Part shown: piece by piece, positions 56,783-64,000 of the stretch
How positions within the stretch are numbered: the first letter of the stretch is position 1
How the letters are laid out: each line of letters starts with the position of its first letter
Source: an uncultured Prolixibacteraceae bacterium
Lineage (GTDB): Bacteria; Bacteroidota; Bacteroidia; Bacteroidales; FEN-979
Direction: 5' to 3'
NCBI GenBank assembly: GCA_964525995.1
Contig: CAZGIM010000005.1
Location: 3,811 to 67,810, forward strand
DNA: 64,000 bases
Made by a program: the position numbers and the translations under genes
The notes under the pieces: generated by a model
What the model was told of the DNA's origin: nothing
What the model saw: only the letters and a program-made list of their open reading frames with translations
Database searches by the model: none

Positions 56783-59692
56783 TTAAAACATTAGGTTTAA
56801 ACCGATCATAAAGGTCCTGGACTGCGGATAGGTGAAGAAGTCGGTACCGATAATGATGTTGCTCGAACCGCCGTAGTAATTCACCTCAGGGTCCATCCCG
56901 GTATAATTCGTGAAGGTGAAAAGGTTCTGGACCGTGGCATATAGTTTTGCCGATTTCATCCCGATCTTCTTGATCCAGTCTTTTCTGAAATTGTAGCTAA
57001 GAGTTACATTTTTTATGCGAAGAAATGATCCGTCCTCGATAAATCTCGATGATTTATAAGTGTCGCCCACCCTTGGGAACTGGGTGATGTCGCCGGGTTT
57101 TTTCCATCGGTCGATCATTCGTTTGGTCTGGTTGTCTTCGCCCGATCCCGACTCTAAATAGATCAGGGTTCCATTGAAAACATCGTTCCCGTAAACACCC
57201 TGTAGGAAAATGGACAGCTCGAAATTCTGGTAACTGAAGACATTGGTGAATCCCGCGGTGAAATCAGGATTCGGATCGCCGGTCTTGACCCGGTCGGCCG
57301 AAGTGATGGTTCCATCGCCATCCATGTCCTCATAAACAAGGTTACCGGTTGTAGGATCAACCCCAAGGCAATTCAATCCGTAGAAAATACCGATCGGCTG
57401 GCCCACTTCGACCCGGTTGCCACCCCTGCCCATGTCGTCAATGGGCTGATCCTGGTAAAGACTTAGAACTTTATTCTTGTTCGTGGCGAAGGTGAGGGCT
57501 GAGGTCCAGGTGAACTTCTTGTCAATATTTACCGTATTCAGCACCACCTCAAGTCCCTTGTTTTCCAACTGGCCGATGTTTGACGAGATGCTGTAAAATC
57601 CCGAAGAAGATGGGATCGGCCTTTCAAGCAACAGGTCTTTCGTATGGTTGTAATAAACATCGAAATTCAGATTGACCCGGCTCCGGAACATCGAAATATC
57701 GAACCCTATACCAGTCTGCGCGGTGGTCTCCCATTTAAGATCCGGATTGGGAAGCTGCGTAGGTGCGATCCCCGAAGCGCCCCCGTAATTATAACCTGCA
57801 CCATAGAGACCTAAGGAAGCAAAATCGCCGATCCCGTCATTTCCAGTCAGTCCGTAACTGGCGCGGAGTTTCAGCTCATTGATCCATTTGACCGGTTTCA
57901 GGAACGATTCCTCCGACATCCGCCAGGCAAATGAACCGGCCGGAAAATAACCGTAATGGTTATTTTTACCAAATTTGGATGAACCGTCGGCACGGGCAGT
58001 CAGTGTAAAAATATACCGGTATTTGAAGTTGTATTTGAACTGGCCAAAGTACGAATTCAGCACCCGGTCGAGTGCAGAAGCGGATGCTGCACGTATGGTA
58101 CCGGCTGAAGCAATATATTGAAGTTCATCGTTCGGGAAATTGATCCCCTCAATATAGGTCGCACGGTTTGAATATTTCTCGAAACTGTGCCCGATCAGCA
58201 CATCAATGTTATGCTTTTCCTTAAATTCCCTGATGTACTGCAACACATTGTTGGTAGTGATGTTGCTGGCGTAATTGGTCCCTTCGATCCCCAGGCCGTT
58301 ATACTTCTTTCCCTGGCGGGTGGTGGTGGGGTCGTAGCTGTGTTCCCGGAGGCCGTATACATCCACTCCAAATTTGGAAGTAAAGGTAAATCCATCAAGA
58401 AATTTATACTCGAGATAGGCATTTCCATTGGTACGGTTCGTATAGGCCATGTTGATCGAATTTTTCGCGATAGCCACCGGATTGGCATAAAAAGCGCTTT
58501 CATCGTATTCGCCGTTGGCATCATAAACCGGGTAGATGGCCGGAATGGACATGGCATTGGGCAATGGACCGTTCAGGGTTCCATCGCCTTCAATGCGGGC
58601 ATTTTTTGCATAGATGATGCCGACACCACCGCCGATAGTCAGGTTGGGAAGGATCTTGTAATCGGCATTCAGTCTTCCGCTATATCGTTGATAAGAGGTT
58701 CCCAACACCACTCCAGACTGGTCGTAATAGTTTCCGGAGATGAACAGTCTGAATTTATCATTCCCGCTGCTGACTGAAAGTTCGGTATTGGCGGTCGGAG
58801 CAGTGACCAGGATCTCGCTCATCCAGTCGGTATTGATCCCCTGTACACTGGTGCCTTTGTACTCGTTCCATTCGGTGGCATCCATCATCGGTATAATACG
58901 CTCCTTCGGCAGTGTTTGCCATCCATAACTAAGGTTTAGAGACACATCAGTCTTGCCGCGACTACCTTTTTTGGTGGTGATCAGGATGACCCCGTTGGAG
59001 GCCCTGGCCCCATACATCGAAGTTGCCGACGCATCTTTCAGAATGGTCATCGATTCGATATCGTTGGGATTGATATCAGTCATTGCATTCAGCTCCTGCC
59101 CGCTCATCCCGACCTGCGAATACTGGCCGGTAATGGTAGGTATTCCGTCGATCACGATCAACGGCTGATTACTTGCATTGATGGAGCTTCCTCCCCTGAG
59201 TTTGATCATGTTCTGACCTCCGGGCGTCCCCGATTGCGTATTGACAGTCAAGCCAGCGGTCTGTCCTAACAACACTCCATCGATGGTTCGTAGGGGAACG
59301 TTTTTGATCTCCTCTTCATTGACCAGTTCGATGGAGCCGGAAATGAGTTTTTTGCTCGTGGTGCTATAACCGACCACTACGAGTTCACCCAGTGCAATAT
59401 CCTGGTCACTTAGCTTTACATTGATTACTTTGCGCCCCTCCAGCGGGATCTCCTGCGTTTGCATTCCTACAAAGGAATAGACCAGGATGCTCCCCACCGG
59501 CGCAGCGATGGTGTATTTTCCGTTCAGGTCGGAGGTAGTCCCGTGAGTGGTTCCCTTCACCAGGATGGTAACACCTGGGAGGGGTGAGTTGTCATCGGCA
59601 GAGACGATCGTCCCGGTAACATTGATGTCCTGTGCAGCAAGTCGCCCCAGGAACACCCCGAACAACAGCAACAATAGGTAGTGTTTTTTCAT
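56783..59692 (-). CDS. susC: SusC/RagA family TonB-dependent transporter
   Basis: CarboxypepD-like N-domain, PLIVIDG, DINPNDIESMTILKDASAT.MYGARASNGVILITTK, KLRASYG and YPQSRTF.IGLNLMF. Start MKKHY (59692). Confidence 0.96.
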   Translation of the reverse strand: MKKHYLLLLLFGVFLGRLAAQDINVTGTIVSADDNSPLPGVTILVKGTTHGTTSDLNGKYTIAAPVGSILVYSFVGMQTQEIPLEGRKVINVKLSDQDIALGELVVVGYSTTSKKLISGSIELVNEEEIKNVPLRTIDGVLLGQTAGLTVNTQSGTPGGQNMIKLRGGSSINASNQPLIVIDGIPTITGQYSQVGMSGQELNAMTDINPNDIESMTILKDASATSMYGARASNGVILITTKKGSRGKTDVSLNLSYGWQTLPKERIIPMMDATEWNEYKGTSVQGINTDWMSEILVTAPTANTELSVSSGNDKFRLFISGNYYDQSGVVLGTSYQRYSGRLNADYKILPNLTIGGGVGIIYAKNARIEGDGTLNGPLPNAMSIPAIYPVYDANGEYDESAFYANPVAIAKNSINMAYTNRTNGNAYLEYKFLDGFTFTSKFGVDVYGLREHSYDPTTTRQGKKYNGLGIEGTNYASNITTNNVLQYIREFKEKHNIDVLIGHSFEKYSNRATYIEGINFPNDELQYIASAGTIRAASASALDRVLNSYFGQFKYNFKYRYIFTLTARADGSSKFGKNNHYGYFPAGSFAWRMSEESFLKPVKWINELKLRASYGLTGNDGIGDFASLGLYGAGYNYGGASGIAPTQLPNPDLKWETTAQTGIGFDISMFRSRVNLNFDVYYNHTKDLLLERPIPSSSGFYSISSNIGQLENKGLEVVLNTVNIDKKFTWTSALTFATNKNKVLSLYQDQPIDDMGRGGNRVEVGQPIGIFYGLNCLGVDPTTGNLVYEDMDGDGTITSADRVKTGDPNPDFTAGFTNVFSYQNFELSIFLQGVYGNDVFNGTLIYLESGSGEDNQTKRMIDRWKKPGDITQFPRVGDTYKSSRFIEDGSFLRIKNVTLSYNFRKDWIKKIGMKSAKLYATVQNLFTFTNYTGMDPEVNYYGGSSNIIIGTDFFTYPQSRTFMIGLNLMF

Positions 59693-59763
59693 ACGTTCAG
59701 GATTTAGTGAGAATATTAAGTCTGTTTTTACATTGGAGATTTCCAACAGAGGATTTCATGGTT

Positions 59764-61149
59764 TTATTCTATGGTTTCGGCCACTACCCTGACGGGGTCT
59801 ATATCCATGGATATTCCTGTTACCATATACCCGGGAGATGCTCCTTCGATAGCTGAAGAATAACCCTGGAAAGACCCCGACTTCCGGAGGATTAACCTAA
59901 ATCCGGAATTTCCGGAGGTACGCGTAAGAGTGACTATGGAATCATTGCGCTTATTATCGGCCAGGTACCTGGTGTATAATTCACTGAATGATTTGGCAGT
60001 GGGAGCGAGGATCCCCGCTTGATCAACGAACAGATCCTCAAACTGTTCCCTTCCAAGGATGGGACTTTTTCCGGGGGCAGGGATTGCGGTACAGGTCTTA
60101 AAGTCGAAACCGTCACCCTCCTCCAGGTAGCTGATCTGAAGGTTCCGGATCGATGGATGTCCTTTGATGATTTTAATTTCGGCCCGGCCGGCATCGACGA
60201 TGGTGACGCCTCTCGTTCCGGCAACCTTCATCCTGTTTTGTGCGGCATCAAAGATTATTGCCGTATTCTCATCGGTTCCGAAACCCATGATCCTGCTTTC
60301 TTTTTTATCTGCATTCACCGCCTGATCAGCAAGAACAACCGAAAGCCTTCCAATCCTTGCCCGTTGGTTGAAGTGTTGATCGACCACCCCATGCGGAAAA
60401 AAGCCAAGGCCCCTCGTAACAAAAACACCGCTGTCCTCGGGCAAATCCTCCCCGCTGATCCGGGTAATGACTCCACGGGTCAATGCTGCCACGCTAGTAC
60501 CGGCAGCGATCATCACCTCGCTCATGATGGCAGCTCCGGCACTGGTCCCGCCAATCACCCCACCTCGGTTATATACCTCCCATACCGCCTTCAGCACCAG
60601 AGTCTGGCTCCCGTCGGGATTATATAGCGTTCTGACCGTACGCAACTGATCGCCTCCGGTAAACCACACTCCTGAACACCGACCGACAATTTCAGCGAGT
60701 TCAGCGTTGTTCCCGTTGTTCCTCCATTCCGACTCATTAATCCCTGCCGTACTGTCATCATCGATCATCGCAACAGGAATCAGGTGGATATTGGTCGCAT
60801 CAACGCCATACATCAACAACTCGCTCCTGAGCCAGGAATACGATTGCACCGGCGCTCCGCTTGCCGACGGGATCACAGCAAAAACGGCTTTTCCCGGACC
60901 GCCTGCACGATTTATCAGCTCCCTGAAAACGGATTTGTTGCTGGCCTCGAGCCCACCACCCACTATTACGAGGCTTCCTCCGGGCCCGGGTCGGGCTACA
61001 GTTATCGTTCCCGGAGTGGTGTCATTCTTTTCCGCCCCCCCTCCGACAAGCAGGAACCTACCTGCAGGTGAACCAGAGGCGCAGAAGGGTAAAAGAAAGA
61101 GTAGAAAGATAACGCTTTTCAGCGTCGATGAAGGTAGCGACAATTTCAT
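59764..61149 (-). CDS. cphB: Cyanophycinase (peptidase S51), exported
   Basis: FTGGDQ, GTSAG (Ser), VDQHFNQRARIGRL (His plus three Arg in cyanophycinase spacing) and GTDENT (Glu); N-terminal signal peptide. Confidence 0.88.
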   Translation of the reverse strand: MKLSLPSSTLKSVIFLLFLLPFCASGSPAGRFLLVGGGAEKNDTTPGTITVARPGPGGSLVIVGGGLEASNKSVFRELINRAGGPGKAVFAVIPSASGAPVQSYSWLRSELLMYGVDATNIHLIPVAMIDDDSTAGINESEWRNNGNNAELAEIVGRCSGVWFTGGDQLRTVRTLYNPDGSQTLVLKAVWEVYNRGGVIGGTSAGAAIMSEVMIAAGTSVAALTRGVITRISGEDLPEDSGVFVTRGLGFFPHGVVDQHFNQRARIGRLSVVLADQAVNADKKESRIMGFGTDENTAIIFDAAQNRMKVAGTRGVTIVDAGRAEIKIIKGHPSIRNLQISYLEEGDGFDFKTCTAIPAPGKSPILGREQFEDLFVDQAGILAPTAKSFSELYTRYLADNKRNDSIVTLTRTSGNSGFRLILRKSGSFQGYSSAIEGASPGYMVTGISMDIDPVRVVAETIE

Positions 61150-61368
61150 CCTGATAATTCCCCTTATCTGTGTACCGACAGAGACCCTGCGGTTTTATGG
61201 GTTAGTAATTTTCGATTTCAATAGTCACAGGGAATTCCTATAAATTAATATTCACGGTTTGTATGAACATTATGCTTATAGGTATTTCTTTTGCGAATAT
61301 AAAAAATTTACCGAAGGCCTGAAAAGAAATTCCATTTTTCGCAAATTTGTTCAATAAAACCGAAAGAT

Positions 61369-62496
61369 ATGCTGACCCTTTTTAAAAATGCCCAAATCTA
61401 CGCACCGGAACCACTTGGCAAGAAAGATGTCATGACCGGAGGAAAAACAATCCTTGCCGTGAGCGACCGGATCGATCCGCCCCGGGGAGTCGAATGCAAA
61501 ATTGTCGAATGCGAAGGACTCTGGCTGGTTCCCGGCCTGATCGACAGTCACGTTCACATTACTGGTGGTGGTGGCGAAGGAGGACCGGCAAGCAGGATGC
61601 CTGAGCTGTTACCAGAAATGATGATCGAGGGCGGAGTTACCACGGTGATTGGCTGTCTGGGCACCGATGGCATTACCCGGACTGTCGAAAGTGTGCTCAT
61701 GAAGGTAAAAACCTTACGAAGCCTTGGTTTCTCGGCCTGGATGTACACCGGCGCTTACCAGGTGCCAACCCCCACCATCACCGGCGACCTTGCCAGAGAT
61801 ATCACCCTGTTTGAAGAGATCATCGGAGTCGGCGAAGTAGCCATCTCTGACCACCGTTCATCGATTCCATCTTTCAACGAACTGGCCCGGATTACGGCCC
61901 ATGCGCGTGTGGCCGGGATGATCGGAGGGAAAGCCGGGATTGTCAATATGCACATGGGCGATGCAAAGGATCCGTTCAAACCGCTTCATGAGATTGTGGA
62001 AGGCACCATGATGGGCTATAAACAGTTCCTCCCCACCCATTGCAACCGGAATCCTTACATTTTCGAGGATGCAAAGGCGTACGGGAAGAAAGGGTATGTC
62101 GATATTACGACCAGCTCGTACCCTTACGATCCCGATTGCGAGATAAAACCCTCTAAAGCGCTGAAACAGCTGCTGGATGCCGGGGTTCCTGCCGGGCACA
62201 TCACCTTCACCTCCGACGGATGCGGCTCCCTGCCCACCTTCGATAAGGAAGGTAGGCTCGTGCGGATCGACATGGGACTGCCATCCTCCATCCTCCGTGA
62301 GATTAAAGAATCGGTGACCGACGAAAGCATCCCGCTGGAAACAGCCCTGATGGTCGCGACCTCAAACCCGGCCACCATCCTGAAACTGAAAGGAAAAGGG
62401 AACATTACAGCCGAGAACGATGCAGATATCCTGGTATTGGACCATGACTTTGGGATCAGGTACCTGATGGCGATGGGGAAAGGATTGATTGAATGA
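61369..62496 (+). CDS. iadA: Isoaspartyl dipeptidase (beta-aspartyl peptidase, amidohydrolase fold)
   Basis: IDSHVHITGGGGEGG, GCLGTDG, GAYQVP, AISDHRSS, HMGD, PTHCNR and TSDGCGSLP.F. Confidence 0.95.
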   Translation: MLTLFKNAQIYAPEPLGKKDVMTGGKTILAVSDRIDPPRGVECKIVECEGLWLVPGLIDSHVHITGGGGEGGPASRMPELLPEMMIEGGVTTVIGCLGTDGITRTVESVLMKVKTLRSLGFSAWMYTGAYQVPTPTITGDLARDITLFEEIIGVGEVAISDHRSSIPSFNELARITAHARVAGMIGGKAGIVNMHMGDAKDPFKPLHEIVEGTMMGYKQFLPTHCNRNPYIFEDAKAYGKKGYVDITTSSYPYDPDCEIKPSKALKQLLDAGVPAGHITFTSDGCGSLPTFDKEGRLVRIDMGLPSSILREIKESVTDESIPLETALMVATSNPATILKLKGKGNITAENDADILVLDHDFGIRYLMAMGKGLIE

Positions 62497-62552
62497 TAAT
62501 GGACAATTGAAAATGGACAATTGAAAATGGACAATTGAAAATTGAAAACGGA
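62497..62552. repeat. Heptamer tandem array (same family as 36005-36053)
   Basis: taatgga caattga aaatgga caattga aaatgga caattga aaattga aaacgga, starting directly after the iadA stop. Confidence 0.85.
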
Positions 62553-62715
62553 ACATAAAAATCTTCATAATCTGTTCGCTAATCGATGATCCCTTCTATG
62601 TTGAAAAACAACTATTATCTCATTTTTTTCTTTTTATCTTGTTGAAATGTTGATAACTGATTGAAAGGCTGATGTTTTGGAGGTTATCAATATTTCAATA
62701 AGAAATAATCCCTAT

Positions 62716-62865
62716 TTTCTGTATTCTTCTATCAGCAGTCACCCGTTTATTATCTTTTAACAGAGCTGCAAGATCACGTTTAACAAAAAATGAGAGAGCC
62801 GCAATCTAATCAAAGAAGGCAGTCATCCTGTTATGGAGCTGCAGGGATTGGTAGCGGTCTCTCTC
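62716..62865 (-). ncRNA. Candidate bridge RNA/seekRNA of the IS110 element
   Basis: Two consecutive lobes, each with outer stem, large internal loop, GCAG[C]/[UGA]CUGC stem and apical hairpin. Loop strands match the putative junction at 62589-62599. Confidence 0.65.
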
Positions 62866-62914
62866 GAAAAATTAACATATAAATTTAGGGGTTATTTCTG
62901 AGTTTTATATCATT

Positions 62915-63979
62915 CTACTGCAAGATTGTTTCATTCCTTAAACAATAATAGATCTGATTGGCAAGTTTCCGTGCTGTTCGAATCAGGGCAATATTCGGTT
63001 TCATTCGTTTTCGGTAATCTTTATACAGGTTAAGATAGAAAGAATCGGACCTGATCGCTGTCCAGGTCCCTTCCGTGATAAGATACCTTAAATGGGTATT
63101 GGCGCGCTTGGTTATTTTTCCTACATGCACTTTATCACCTGAGCCATGTACTCGCGGAACCAAACCTAAAAATGATCGGTAATTATCCGGACTTTTGAAC
63201 CGATGAATATCTCCGGTTTCCGTCAGAATAGTCATGGCTGTGATCACACCTATGCCGGGTATTTGAATCAATTTTGGATACACCTTATTGTATCTATCAT
63301 GGTTGGCTAACAAGCGTATCTGTTTAGTCATGTTCAAAAGCTCTCCACGAATAAAGGTTAAATACCGAACTCTGCTTCTCATGGCCTCTGTCGCCGATGA
63401 TTCATTCAATTGAATTTCACTTAACCATTTTATAAACCGTGCAGACCAGTGACTCCCTTTTTTGCTGAATATCTCAGGATATTTGATCCCATTTATCTGC
63501 AAAGAAGCTTTAATCCGGTTTTTTATTCTGGTATAGTCCATTGATAATTTCTCTCTTGCTCTAAGCAATTGCCGATCCTCTTCAATACTTATCGGTGGTA
63601 CCCATATGGGTTTCGCCTCTTTGTTTCTCATCGACTTGGCAATCTTCCTGCTGTCACGCGGATCACTCTTGCGTTCCTTATCCTTTTGTGTGGTGGGTAT
63701 ATCGGCTGGATGGATAACCATACAGGAAACTCCCTTAGATTCAAATTCCCGCTGAATGGAATAACCAAAATACCCAGCTTCATATCCAACCAAATAGGTA
63801 CCCCCAGGATAATTTTTATGTAAATGTTTGATCAGGATATCAGGTTCCGGATCCTGTAAAAATGTCTTTAATACCAATTCATCGGTTTGAATCGTCACCG
63901 TCCAGTTCTTTTTGTGAGTATCAATGCCACAATAAAAGTTTTGACCATTGAAATCAATTTGTTTACTTTGTGTCTGCAT
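62915..63979 (-). CDS. IS110 family transposase (DEDD RuvC-like + Tnp domain)
   Basis: CGIDTHK, YEAG, KSDPRDS (DEDD), IPGIG.ITA and GLVP...SG (catalytic Ser). Confidence 0.95.
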   Translation of the reverse strand: MQTQSKQIDFNGQNFYCGIDTHKKNWTVTIQTDELVLKTFLQDPEPDILIKHLHKNYPGGTYLVGYEAGYFGYSIQREFESKGVSCMVIHPADIPTTQKDKERKSDPRDSRKIAKSMRNKEAKPIWVPPISIEEDRQLLRAREKLSMDYTRIKNRIKASLQINGIKYPEIFSKKGSHWSARFIKWLSEIQLNESSATEAMRSRVRYLTFIRGELLNMTKQIRLLANHDRYNKVYPKLIQIPGIGVITAMTILTETGDIHRFKSPDNYRSFLGLVPRVHGSGDKVHVGKITKRANTHLRYLITEGTWTAIRSDSFYLNLYKDYRKRMKPNIALIRTARKLANQIYYCLRNETILQ

Positions 63980-64000
63980 AGGTCTTCGTTTTTAAGGTTA

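Larger units (their letters stand above)
62593..64000 (-). mobile_element. IS110-family insertion sequence (other end outside the window)
   Basis: Transposase at 62915-63979 plus a structured downstream non-coding region. The left boundary at the CT core (62593-62594) is inferred from guide matches. Confidence 0.75.

Noticed and set aside
36668-60627. Long antisense or alternate-frame ORFs (e.g. 36668-37309, 42287-42847, 58187-58777, 60019-60627)
   Set aside because: All overlap well-supported genes and show no recognisable domains.
62579-62584. CTaatc near the IS110 junction matching the predicted core + right target
   Set aside because: It lies on the wrong side of the core for the model, and a 6-mer in AT-rich DNA is likely chance.
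1-64000. tRNA, rRNA, riboswitches, phage or defence genes
   Set aside because: No supporting sequence signatures were seen by eye; a covariance-model scan would be needed to exclude them.

Overview
A 64-kb window from a Bacteroidota genome, probably Bacteroidales: it has T9SS cargo proteins, SusC/SusD, and TTTG-N19-TAnnTTTG promoters. Left to right: a GH28-ROK-GH38 carbohydrate operon (GH38 cut by the window edge); a CPA2 K+/H+ antiporter; an orphan LivK-like lipoprotein; T9SS-secreted S8 protease and BNR-repeat proteins; a half-length urea transporter; an AT-rich islet with two MORN-like paralogs; xylBAE; choice-of-anchor-L and Omp28-type T9SS proteins; a run of small lipoproteins plus a GIDE-domain protein; an NtrY/NtrC-type two-component system divergent from a MacAB-TolC-like cluster with four permeases; an MDR oxidoreductase and DUF4932; and an IS110 element running off the right edge. 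The main find is 51.5-62.5 kb, a PUL-like locus for a non-carbohydrate polymer, cyanophycin. It contains SusC, SusD, a PKD/propeller lipoprotein, a T9SS protein, an exported cyanophycinase with the full specificity motif, a YfcC transporter and the isoaspartyl dipeptidase IadA. The second find is a two-lobed bridge-RNA-like structure downstream of the IS110 transposase, whose loops match a CT-core junction at 62593-62594. Also present: a 252-bp IS5-like MITE family that interrupts xylBAE, heptamer arrays, REP-like palindromes, a readable sigma54 promoter with tandem enhancer sites, and a paralog pseudogene. No tRNA, rRNA or CRISPR array was seen. All assignments come from motif recognition by eye; no database searches were run.
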